58,619 nt of DNA. Source: a virus (taxonomy: Duplodnaviria > Caudoviricetes). Positions 24,650 through 34,600 of the stretch are shown here, one piece after another (position 1 is the first letter of the stretch; each line of letters begins with the position of its first letter). Location of the stretch: positions 1 through 58,619 of IMG/VR virus record IMGVR_UViG_3300030202_000422; one strand, given 5' to 3'. A program made the translations under genes and the position numbers. The notes beneath the pieces are model-generated. The model saw only the letters and a list, made by a program, of their open reading frames with translations. It was not told the origin of the DNA and searched no databases.

Positions 24650-26181
24650 AAGTTATAGATAACAAAGCTCTTTTGCTACGACTACGCCAGCCTGAAAAAG
24701 TAACTGATGTAATACCTAAGAGTAAGTTGTTACCTGATAACCAAGTCTTAGTTAATTGGGGCGTCGAAGAAACACACGTTTTACGAAATCTAAACATCAA
24801 AGCCCCATCACCGATTGAACGAGACTACCAGTGGACAGGTAAATACAAACCGTTTGAACACCAAAAAACCACTTCTTCTTTCTTTACATTGAACAGGAGA
24901 GCGTTCTGCTTTAATGAACAAGGTACTGGTAAGACCGCCAGTGCAATCTGGGCTGCTGATTATCTGATGAACAAAGGCAGGATCAATCGCGCATTAGTTA
25001 TATGTCCATTATCGATTATGGTGAGTGCGTGGAGAAACGATCTGTTTAATTTTGCTATGCATCGCACAGTGAGCGTGGCTTACGGCGCTGCTAGACAACG
25101 TGAAAAGGTCATACGTGACGGCGCTGAGTTTGTAATTATTAATTATGACGGTGTGGAGATCGTGCAAGATGTTATAGCTGAGGGTGGCTTTGATCTGATT
25201 ATTATTGACGAAGCAACGCATTATAAGAATGTACAGACGAACCGTTGGAAGACACTTAACAAACTCATAACAGGTTCTACGTGGGTATGGTTGATGACCG
25301 GAACGCCTGCTGCACAAAGTCCTCTTGATGCTTACGGTCTAGCCAAACTAGCAGACGCTAAATCAGTACCACGTTTTTTCGGATCGTTTCGTGATCAGGT
25401 CATGGTAAAAGTTAGTAAATTCAAATGGGTTCCTAAGCCAGAAGCGACTGAGATTGTGTTTGATGCTATGCAACCTGCCATACGGTTCACTAAGAAAGAG
25501 TGTTTGGATCTACCAGATATTGTTTATACCAAGCGTGAAGTTGAATTGACTCGACAGCAAAACAAATATTACAAAGAACTGAAAGATAGAATGATTACTC
25601 AGGCTGCTGGAGAACAAGTCTCGGCTGCTAACGCTGCGGTAAATATGAACAAGCTTCTTCAAATATCGGCAGGTGTTGTCTATACAGATAACGGTCAGTC
25701 GTTGGAGTTTGATATTAAGTATCGCTATAAGGTGTTACGTGAAGTAATCAACGAAGCCAGCAAAAAAGTGTTGGTATTTGCACCGTTTAAAAACGTGATT
25801 GATGTGTTGGTAGATAAGCTACGCAACGATGGCATAACGACTGAGATGATTCGTGGTGATGTCACAGCATCACAGAGGACTCTTATATTTAAACAGTTTC
25901 AAGAAAACCCAGACCCTAAGATTCTGGTGATTCAACCTCAAGCCGCTGCACATGGTGTTACGTTGACCGCTGCTGACACGATTGTTTGGTGGGGGCCAAC
26001 AAGCTCTGTCGAAACTTATGCACAAGCTAATGCTCGTATCCATAGAGCAGGGCAAGACCATAAATGTACGGTGATTCAGTTACAAGGATCTCACGTAGAA
26101 AAACGTGTTTACGAACTATTAGATAATAAACTAGATACTCATACAAAAATTATCGATTTATACAAAGAAATACTTGCATAA
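24646..26181 (+). CDS. SNF2-family (SF2) DNA helicase
   Basis: GTGKT, DEATH, MTGTP, QANARIHRAGQ motifs. Confidence 0.92.
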   Translation: MKVIDNKALLLRLRQPEKVTDVIPKSKLLPDNQVLVNWGVEETHVLRNLNIKAPSPIERDYQWTGKYKPFEHQKTTSSFFTLNRRAFCFNEQGTGKTASAIWAADYLMNKGRINRALVICPLSIMVSAWRNDLFNFAMHRTVSVAYGAARQREKVIRDGAEFVIINYDGVEIVQDVIAEGGFDLIIIDEATHYKNVQTNRWKTLNKLITGSTWVWLMTGTPAAQSPLDAYGLAKLADAKSVPRFFGSFRDQVMVKVSKFKWVPKPEATEIVFDAMQPAIRFTKKECLDLPDIVYTKREVELTRQQNKYYKELKDRMITQAAGEQVSAANAAVNMNKLLQISAGVVYTDNGQSLEFDIKYRYKVLREVINEASKKVLVFAPFKNVIDVLVDKLRNDGITTEMIRGDVTASQRTLIFKQFQENPDPKILVIQPQAAAHGVTLTAADTIVWWGPTSSVETYAQANARIHRAGQDHKCTVIQLQGSHVEKRVYELLDNKLDTHTKIIDLYKEILA

Positions 26182-26202
26182 GTTATAAAAAAACACGATA
26201 CT
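26174..26202 (+). promoter_or_regulatory. Putative promoter for the ssb/primase block
   Basis: TTGCAT-N17-GATACT. Confidence 0.45.
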
Positions 26203-26228
26203 GCACTCCTCAGTCAAAGGAGAGTGCT

Positions 26229-26630
26229 ATGACTGATGCATTAGATGTATCAAAACTCACAAAAGTCTTTATTAAAATTAGAGACGAAAGAAAACGAATC
26301 GCGGATGACTTTAACAAACGCGATGGAGAGCTTGCTGGAAAGCAAGACACAATTAAGAGTGCGCTGCTGAATCATCTGCAAGAGCAGAACATCGACAGCA
26401 TAAAAACTGGCGAAGGCACGTTCTTTAGATCTACAAAGCAAAAGTATTGGACGAGTGATTGGTCCTCGATGTACGAATTCGTTATAGAGAACCAAGTGCC
26501 TGATCTTTTGGAGAAACGACTGCATCAAACAAATATGAAGCAGTATCTGGAAGATAACCCTGACCTTCTGCCGAAAGGATTGAATGTGGATTCTGAGTAC
26601 ACTTTGTCTATAAGGAAGCCAAAAAAATGA
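26229..26630 (+). CDS. Conserved coiled-coil replication-region protein
   Basis: AAGGAGA RBS; IKIRD..DW..LLEKRLHQ..PKGLNV motif. Confidence 0.75.
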   Translation: MTDALDVSKLTKVFIKIRDERKRIADDFNKRDGELAGKQDTIKSALLNHLQEQNIDSIKTGEGTFFRSTKQKYWTSDWSSMYEFVIENQVPDLLEKRLHQTNMKQYLEDNPDLLPKGLNVDSEYTLSIRKPKK

Positions 26631-26902
26631 TGAAGGACGTAATCGAAGGACAACTGGTTCCAATAGAAGATGTCGCAAAACACTTCAAGGTGTCGCTATC
26701 TACGACTAGAAAGTGGGTTAGAGATGGTGACATACCAGAAAACCTGTACGTGAAGATCGGTAAGACCTATCGGTTTGATCTAGCAGGTATATCTAAGGCA
26801 CTGCTCGCTAGATCAAGTGTGGATTCAACCACAGAAGAAGATACAGGGGTAACAGACTTGCTAGATAGTTGGGCCGAAGAAGATTTAGATGGCGATGTAT
26901 GA
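26627..26902 (+). CDS. Excisionase/MerR-like HTH DNA-binding protein
   Basis: IEDVAKHFKVSLSTTRKWVRDGDIP..KIGKTYRFD. Confidence 0.85.
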   Translation: MMKDVIEGQLVPIEDVAKHFKVSLSTTRKWVRDGDIPENLYVKIGKTYRFDLAGISKALLARSSVDSTTEEDTGVTDLLDSWAEEDLDGDV

Positions 26903-27561
26903 ATCGAATCAGCATACGAGGTGGGGTGTTCAACGGCATACCCACGGACACGGACACGCAGATAAAAGTAGTTATTTTAAATGCTGCAAATGTCGCAAGA
27001 TCGTACTATTCTGATGAGTTCAGTGTTGACAGTTTTCAGCATCCTACCTGTTGGAGTGTTGACACGCAGAGACCTGCTATCGAGGTATTGGAGTCGCGCA
27101 TACAAAGCGCGAGGTGCATTGACTGCACTCAAAATATCAGGGGATCTGCGAAGGGTGGAATTGGTAGAGCTTGTAGGTATTTTCAGCTTCTCGCAGTAGC
27201 TGAAGAACATGACCTCAGAACAGTTTACAGACTGCAAGTTCCATCCGCTTCGGTTTTTGGTAAGGGTAATAGGGACAATAAAATGTCCTTAGAGGGGTAC
27301 GCTAGGTTTTTACAAAAGCATGGCACGCCCCCGGCAGCGGTTGTCACTCGGATATTTTTCGATGACATAAGCACGATGCCCAAGATCTGTTTTGATGCAG
27401 ATAGGGCTTTGGCAGAAAAGGAGCTTGATGAGGTTAGGGGGATGATTAACCATCCAGATGCGTTGGAAGCGATAACTTTCAGTGTGACCTCCCATAACTT
27501 ATCACCCTTTTCTATAGTAGACGGTGGTTTTGTTTTTAATGATGGAGATCATAATGGCTGA
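26899..27561 (+). CDS. Conserved replication-region protein with a Cys motif
   Basis: ATGA start at 26899; RISIRGGVF, PTCWS, CIDCTQN..GRACR. Confidence 0.7.
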   Translation: MNRISIRGGVFNGIPTDTDTQIKVVILNAANVARSYYSDEFSVDSFQHPTCWSVDTQRPAIEVLESRIQSARCIDCTQNIRGSAKGGIGRACRYFQLLAVAEEHDLRTVYRLQVPSASVFGKGNRDNKMSLEGYARFLQKHGTPPAAVVTRIFFDDISTMPKICFDADRALAEKELDEVRGMINHPDALEAITFSVTSHNLSPFSIVDGGFVFNDGDHNG

Positions 27562-28282
27562 AGATATAAACAAATACGTGATACCTAGCGCAGAAGTGCT
27601 ATACCCACGTATCGATCAGACGTATCGGTTCGATACAACTGCAAACCAATCAGTACCATGCGGCGTTTTGGAGGATGGTGCGGAGTACAGCTTGAGTTTT
27701 AAGTTACCCAAAGCGGAAGCAGTAAAACTCTTCAAAGCTATGAAAGCGTATTACGATGTGAAGAAAGAGAAAAGCTGGCCTGACAAATTTCCTAATCCGT
27801 TTAAGGAGCAGGAAGATGGTTTGTGGTTGGGTAAAGCTAAACTCAAAGGGGCGTTTGGCAAGGATGCAAGTCGCAAACCTTTGCAATTCGACTCTAATAA
27901 CACTCCGCTTGGTGAGAACTTCAAACTCACGAGTGGTAGTGTAGCTAACATTCAAATCTCTTTTGTTCCTTATAACATAAGTGGTAATGGTGTTAGCTTG
28001 AGATTGGGCGCGGTACAAGTGCTCAAGTACACTCCTCTACAAACTAGATCCCCATTTGAAGCCGTTGATGGTGGCTTCGTAGTGGATGATGCTAGTCCTT
28101 TTGAGGCCGTTGATTCTGGATCACCTGACACCCTAGATCCTTTTGAAGAAGCGGAACAGGCTGAAGAGCCTGCTGAAGAACTTGTAGAGGAGCCAAAAAA
28201 GAAGGCCGTTAAGAAGTCTGCTCCTGCACCGAAAAAAGACTCTGACGATCTTAGCTCGTTAATCGACGAATGGGACGATTAA
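27554..28282 (+). CDS. ssb: Single-stranded DNA-binding protein (T7 gp2.5/DUF2815-like)
   Basis: YP..., GVSLRLGAVQV OB-fold strand, acidic tail ending IDEWDD. Confidence 0.75.
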   Translation: MAEDINKYVIPSAEVLYPRIDQTYRFDTTANQSVPCGVLEDGAEYSLSFKLPKAEAVKLFKAMKAYYDVKKEKSWPDKFPNPFKEQEDGLWLGKAKLKGAFGKDASRKPLQFDSNNTPLGENFKLTSGSVANIQISFVPYNISGNGVSLRLGAVQVLKYTPLQTRSPFEAVDGGFVVDDASPFEAVDSGSPDTLDPFEEAEQAEEPAEELVEEPKKKAVKKSAPAPKKDSDDLSSLIDEWDD

Positions 28283-28304
28283 GTTTATCGAGGTATAACG
28301 AGTT

Positions 28305-28384
28305 ACATCACGGCTAGGTTCGTGTGGTTTCGACCGAAAAGGGTGGGGTTTTGATGTCCTCTTAACCTACCCCTGCCGTGATGT
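28305..28384 (+). other. Structured intergenic element (three-stem junction) upstream of the primase gene
   Basis: ACATCACGGC/GCCGTGATGT perfect 10-bp closing stem enclosing two hairpins. Confidence 0.55.
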
Positions 28385-28402
28385 CTTTATTAGGTGCAAC
28401 AC

Positions 28403-31288
28403 ATGGATACAAGAGTTTTCTTGAGGAGACTGCTACCGCAAGAGGGATACTACGTCCTTTGGTGTAATAGCAAAAAGCTAAAACGGCATAAGCAATACTC
28501 GTTTGAGACAGTAGATGAGTTAGCAGATGCAGCCGAACAAGCCGATGCAGATGGGTGGGATGCCTATTTTGCAATGAGTAATTTTGACAGTGTGAACACT
28601 CGTAAGGCAGTTAACTCTAAACAAATACGTTCTTTCTTTTTAGATTTGGATTGTGGACCGAGTAAGCCCCACGCCACACAAGCAGACGCTATAAAAGATC
28701 TTATACAGTTCTGCACTGTTACCGAAATACCCAAACCCCTTGCCGTAAATTCTGGCAGGGGAGTACACGTTTACTGGCCTCTTACTGAATCGGTAAGCAT
28801 AAGAGAATGGAAACCTGTCGCAGAGGCATTTAAGAAGCTCTGCAAAGAAAAGAAGTTTGAGATAGATACCGCCGTACCTGCTGATGCAGCGCGAGTATTA
28901 CGTGTTCTACACACACGCAACCATAAACCAGACCCCCCTGCACCAGTAGAGCTTATCGGCAAAGATATAGAGCCGATTAGTTTTGATTTTTTCGCGTCGA
29001 AAGTTGGTGTGGATACGATAACAGTTCCCACAAAAACAGCTCCCCCTACGAAAAACGAACCTGAGCAGGGTAGCGCAGAAGCGTTTGCGGAGTTTATGCA
29101 GAACAGCCGTGAGTATGTATTTAAAAACATATTGTCGAAAACAAAGGCTGGTAAAGGCTGTCAGCAACTGCAATTAATAATGACAGACCAAGAGAATACG
29201 ACCGAACCGATGTGGCGTGCAGGGTTGTCGATTGCAAAGTTTTGTGAAGATGGTGAAAAAGCAGCGCACATACTATCTAAAAAGCACCCTGAGTATGTGC
29301 CACAACTAACCGAAGAAAAGATGGAGTTAGTAAAAGGCCCATATCGGTGTGCTACGTTTGATGAGAACAACCCTCATGTATGTATAGAGTGTCCGAATTG
29401 GGGAAAGATAAAGTCACCAATCTCGCTGGGTGGTCAATACAAAGAGTTTGATAAAGATAACCCTACTCATACTCACGATGACGAAGACGCTACCGTAGAA
29501 AGTATGAGCGCGTTGATAGACGAGACACCAGAACAAGTTATACCTAACTATCCAAGACCGTATTTTCGCGGGGCGAATGGAGGTGTGTTTTACAGGGAGA
29601 CAAAATCGGATGGCGATGTAGATGAAGCAATGGTGTACCACAACGACATTTACGTAACCCGAAGAATGCACGATGTAGAAGCTGGAGAGGCAGTTGTAGT
29701 AAAGTTACACTTGCCTGTAGATGGTATAAGAGAGTTTACAATACCTCTTACGGCACTGACTTCGAGAGAAGAGTTCCGCAAACAAATGGCAATGGTCGGC
29801 GTTGCTCAATTAGATCTTACTGGATTAATGAAATATATGACTGCATGGGTAAATGAATTACAAGCTAAGGTTGTGGCTGATATAGCGCACAGACAATACG
29901 GTTGGACAGATGACGAATGCACAGCTTTTGTCGTAGGTGAAAAAGAAATTAGGGGGAACGAAATATCGTATAACCCCCCTACAGTAGCCACTGCACAGAC
30001 CTTTCCATACTTTGAACCAAAAGGCACGTTAGATGGGTGGCGTAATATGGCTAACTTCTATACGTCCAGAGAAGGTATGGAGATGCATCAATACATTGTT
30101 TGCACTGCTTTCGGGTCTCCACTTATGCAGTTCCTACCTCAGAACTGCTGCACTCTGCATATGTTTGACAAGGATGGCGGTGCAGGTAAGACCGCTGCAA
30201 TGAAAGTAGCAGCATCCGTCTGGGGTCACTTCAAGGCTTGTATGACAGCGGAGAAAGATACAACCGCGTTCAAGATGAATAGAGGTGAGACGTTACATAA
30301 TCTACCTTTATACATTGACGAACTTACAAACACAGAAAAGAAGTATATGAGTGACCTTGCCTACCAACTAACAAGTGGAGAGCAGCGAGGGCGTATGAGT
30401 CCTAACTCTAATGTGGAGCGTACAACTGGCAAACCGTGGAAGCTACTCTGCTGTAGTACAGGTAACATGAGCGCCATAGAAAAAATATCACTATTCAAAG
30501 CAGCGCCTAAAGCGGAAGCGCAGCGTATATTAGAATGTAGAGCACAACAGGTGTTTACTTCTTCTGGTGAAAAGTCATTAACAGATGAGTTTGAAGGGCA
30601 TATCGAGGCACACTACGGTCATGCTGGCCCTATATTTATACAGTATGTGATCAACAATCTGGAGACCGTTAAAACTTTCTTACGTGAAGTGCAGCAAAAA
30701 GTGGATCGCGCTGCTGATCTAAAAGCAGAGAATAGGTATTGGTCGGCAGGTGTGGCGTGTTCTCTTACAGGTGGACTCATAGCCAGTAAGTTAGGTTTAG
30801 TTAATTATGATAACCAAGCTCTATTTAGGTGGAGTATTGACCTGCTGAAGAAGAGTAAAGTACACATAAAAGAATTGGGTGGCTCGGCACAACAGACGCT
30901 AATCGATTATATAATGGAGCACTACGGTGCGTTTTTAATAATTAAAAGCACTGAAGACCTACGAAAAACCCCAGAAGGTAACGCTATGCCTGTGCCTGAT
31001 GCGCTATCACACCTAGTTCGTCCCGATTGGACACCTAGAGTGGCTATGGTGGGTAGGTATGAAACCGATACTAAGAAGGTATACCTGACACCAGCACCGC
31101 TAAAACAGTGGTGTGGGGAGAGGCAAATTAACTACACAGCATTCGTGCAAGAGCTAAAAGAAAAGATGAATGCTAAACGCACTAAAGTACGGTTGGGTAC
31201 AGGTACGCCAATAGATTTGATTCCTTCGCACGTTATTGTTGTTGATTGTGACATTGAAGCAAAAGATGAAATCCCCATAGATGAGTGA
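28403..31288 (+). CDS. Primase-helicase (RepB/AEP-like primase plus DUF927 and a P-loop domain)
   Basis: FLDLDCG, NSGRGVHVYW, D.ARVLRV, Cys cluster, GGAGKT, YIDE; start ATG 28403 or GTG 28394. Confidence 0.85.
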   Translation: MDTRVFLRRLLPQEGYYVLWCNSKKLKRHKQYSFETVDELADAAEQADADGWDAYFAMSNFDSVNTRKAVNSKQIRSFFLDLDCGPSKPHATQADAIKDLIQFCTVTEIPKPLAVNSGRGVHVYWPLTESVSIREWKPVAEAFKKLCKEKKFEIDTAVPADAARVLRVLHTRNHKPDPPAPVELIGKDIEPISFDFFASKVGVDTITVPTKTAPPTKNEPEQGSAEAFAEFMQNSREYVFKNILSKTKAGKGCQQLQLIMTDQENTTEPMWRAGLSIAKFCEDGEKAAHILSKKHPEYVPQLTEEKMELVKGPYRCATFDENNPHVCIECPNWGKIKSPISLGGQYKEFDKDNPTHTHDDEDATVESMSALIDETPEQVIPNYPRPYFRGANGGVFYRETKSDGDVDEAMVYHNDIYVTRRMHDVEAGEAVVVKLHLPVDGIREFTIPLTALTSREEFRKQMAMVGVAQLDLTGLMKYMTAWVNELQAKVVADIAHRQYGWTDDECTAFVVGEKEIRGNEISYNPPTVATAQTFPYFEPKGTLDGWRNMANFYTSREGMEMHQYIVCTAFGSPLMQFLPQNCCTLHMFDKDGGAGKTAAMKVAASVWGHFKACMTAEKDTTAFKMNRGETLHNLPLYIDELTNTEKKYMSDLAYQLTSGEQRGRMSPNSNVERTTGKPWKLLCCSTGNMSAIEKISLFKAAPKAEAQRILECRAQQVFTSSGEKSLTDEFEGHIEAHYGHAGPIFIQYVINNLETVKTFLREVQQKVDRAADLKAENRYWSAGVACSLTGGLIASKLGLVNYDNQALFRWSIDLLKKSKVHIKELGGSAQQTLIDYIMEHYGAFLIIKSTEDLRKTPEGNAMPVPDALSHLVRPDWTPRVAMVGRYETDTKKVYLTPAPLKQWCGERQINYTAFVQELKEKMNAKRTKVRLGTGTPIDLIPSHVIVVDCDIEAKDEIPIDE

Positions 31289-31509
31289 TGGGGGTAATTA
31301 AAACGGATGACTTACACCCTGATGGAATCCGCATCGTAGTCGATTGGCCTAGTATGGTTGTAGGGAGTTCTATTTTCCTGCCATGTATCGATACCTACAA
31401 AGCAAAGGCGCAAATTACGCAGGTCGTTGCCGGATTTGGATGGGAATGTATGTTAAAAGTTGTTATATATAACGGCAAATTAGGTGTTCGTGTTTGGAGA
31501 ACCCTATGA
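31285..31509 (+). CDS. Conserved hypothetical protein, last gene of the replication arm
   Basis: VGSSIFLPC..GVRVWR motif. Confidence 0.7.
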   Translation: MMGVIKTDDLHPDGIRIVVDWPSMVVGSSIFLPCIDTYKAKAQITQVVAGFGWECMLKVVIYNGKLGVRVWRTL

Positions 31510-31578
31510 TACTATCCAGCCGTAGGGTCGATGATCTCCAACTTCACTCTATAAGGTCTAACAAGACTTTTCTCCTAT

Positions 31579-31616
31579 GGTTCCCTCACTATGCCCCGTA
31601 ATATAGTGGGGGAACC
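31579..31616. terminator. Hairpin between convergent arms, probable bidirectional terminator
   Basis: GGTTCCCTCACTAT/ATAGTGGGGGAACC 14-bp stem with one G-U pair. Confidence 0.65.
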
Positions 31617-31618
31617 TT

Positions 31619-34600
31619 CTAAAAGAATCCCTCTTCTTTCACTGCACGTTGGAAGTACGGTGACAGGGTTACGCCGTTGTGCATACGCACATTAGTTGTT
31701 CTCTCGTGAGCTTTCATAGAACGTTCTATAGTTTCGGGGGTAATCAGTAACTTAGGATCTATTTGCGCTGCTCTTGTTTCATTAAATTCAATCATTTGCC
31801 TAGCCGCTTTCTGTGCGCCTTCACGATCCCCGAACCGTTTTGCAAGGTAGTATTTTTTCAATAAGTCAGCACGACGATTTCTTGCCGCACTCTCCATACC
31901 TTTGGCTGCGGATACTTCTGCTTGTTCATTTGTGTATTCATTAGGGGGGAACCCTAATAGTTTAGCGAATATGTCACCACCTGTTATATCATCGTATATA
32001 ACATCGCCACGCCGGGTGAGTATACCTTCATCACGAGGGTAACGTATTACAGCCTGATACGCATTACGCACGGCTCCCGGCATCATATCTTCTAGCCCAC
32101 GTTCTAACTCACCGTCACTTATTTTCTTCGCCCCGTCAACCATCCTGCTAAATATGCTCCATGCAGGACCGCCAAATAAATGGAAGAAAGTTTCTTCTGT
32201 GGAGGGGTTAGAATTAAAACGATCTGCTTCAACTAACAGGTCGGTTAGTTTAACTCTTTCAGATACATCAAGCCCCGTGATTTCAGATAACGCTCCTTTA
32301 AATAATGCGTCATTGTCCAGATACCTACGTACAAGAGTATCTGTATCCTCTTCATACTCTTCTGCAAACAGAGCATCGTACAGCATGGACACTACGCCGT
32401 ATAACGGTAGCCCTTGAACACCCGCGAAAAATAGAGCAGATAAGTGTGTGGCTGCAAGTTGTTTTGCTGCTTCACTTGTTACTGCCTTCGATACTCCCTG
32501 TTTACGTAATACATCAAGGAACTGCATTGCAGTTTTTCCCATTGTGTAGTACATCTGAATACCATAGTTCTTATACATCAAAGCCACACGGAGTGCGCCA
32601 GCACGAGCGAATCTAGGTCCAGTTTCTAAAGTAGCACCGCCGTTTATTTGTTGCGTCTCATACACAGCTTCTTCTGCTGCCTGCTGTCGTTGTTCGGCTG
32701 TAGCATTTTGCGATTTGTTGTTTGTAATCTTATCGAGGGCTAAATTATACGAAGCCACCAGAGCTACTTGCCTATTCATCATTTCTGCTTGGTGAAACAT
32801 CAACGCTGATGCGCCTGTAGCCATGTCTCCTTTACTTAGTTCCCTTCCCGAAGAGTCCACACTAAGTGTGTCAGCTATAAACGAAGAGTTAAGATGTCCT
32901 CTCCTCGATGCTAGTTGCATGAGTGGGCGGAGCCTGTTTAGTTCTGCTTTTGTTTCAGCGGGTAAATCTAAATCCTTCCTGACAGAATATACCAAGTCAC
33001 CAGTGTTGGAATCTCTAGTAAACGTGTAATAGTTATCAAGGCTCATTAGTGACGCACCAGAGTCTTGTATCGCCTCAAATTTATTTTTAAGGCCACTCTT
33101 AGCAAACGCTTCTTTCATTGATGTCGGGCTAGCGTCGTCTCCAAACAGTGTTTTTGAAGCACGATTCGTCGGTGTCCCGGCGAACAATTTAGTAGCATCT
33201 TTAATGGCAGTACCTGCTTTGCCGAATCCAAACTTACCCGCAAGCATGGGGTATGCGAATAGTGGTATCTGCGACAGGTTTACTAGTGCAGAAGATGTGT
33301 TAAATCCTATCGTCCAAAAGAAAGCCATACGGTTGGCTCGTTTAGCCCACTCATCTTTAGCTGGTTGTATTGCAAATCCTGCTCTATTACGAAGTTCGTC
33401 AGCAACAGCACTGGTAGCGGCTGGTGTACCTGCCAACTTCTCGTCTATTTCTCGCATTGTTTTAGATATTTCAGCACTGTTTTTTATGCGTTCTGTTTGC
33501 CGCGTTAGATCATAGGCTTTGGTTCTAGCAGCTTGTAGTGCTCCTACATCGTAACCCTCGGTTTTCTTTCTTCGTACTAGTGCTTTTGCAAAAGAAGACT
33601 CGGGTAATTCTTCTATAAACAACCTAGCCACTTGTTCTCTGGTCTTACTGTCTACGCCTTGTATGTTGAGCGTATTAAATAGTTGCGCTATGAATGAACC
33701 TGATGGCGCATTTTCATAAGATTTGGAATCACTATTGTCCCAAGGTTCTACTTTTAGTCCTTGATTAGCATAGTCCTCCATAGCCTGCACTCGATCCCCT
33801 GCGGTTTGATAAGCAAACACAGCGGGCTTATCCTTATCTCCTTTTGGATCTCGCACCGCTAACCAATAACTGCCAGATCGTGTCAGAGGAAAGTACGGCT
33901 CTATACTGGTGTTCTCTAGCATACGTGCTAGTAATTCGTTCTTTAGATTATTCTTAGCGCCATCTTCTATGTCCAACCCGTCGATACGCCCACGCAACGC
34001 ACCTAATAAGTCGTTATATCGATCTTTATAAAATTTACGTAAATTATCGTAAGTTTTTCTACCACCTTCTCCAAACTCTTGGCTTGTATATATTTTACGT
34101 AACTTCTTATACACCTCTATCTTGAGTGTTTTTTCTTTACCCTCTATAGTTTGATTCTTATATTTATTCTGCGCTTGTTGAGGATTAAGCGCAGGGTCTA
34201 CTTCATTGATTGTGCTTTCATAAACAAGTGTGTCTAATGCTTCGTTGGCTTTTTGCGATGCTTTATCAGCCCACCTAAACATAGGATCTAATATTTGGCG
34301 TGTTTCTTTTTCTGCTTCAGTCAAACGACCACGCTGCTTTTCTATTGCAGCCATTAGTTTCTTCGCGTCTGCTATACCTGTTGATTCTGCTATATCTTGT
34401 ATTGCTTGGTTAGGCAAAAGCCCTAATCCTACACTTTCTACTTTCTTACCCGCAGGTGTTTGCCTACCTAAAAACCCAGCTTTAAAGTCGCGTACTATTT
34501 TTTCTCTGCCCGCTTTTTCTGACAGCTTTGGTTTTTCTCGTTTTAGGTTTCTTCCTATAGCTGCTACGTCATCTTTTGTAGTCATAGAAAGTAGTTTGGG

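Noticed and set aside
26627-26902. Excisionase implying an integrated prophage
   Set aside because: No integrase, att-like flanks or host genes in the window; the HTH is more likely regulatory
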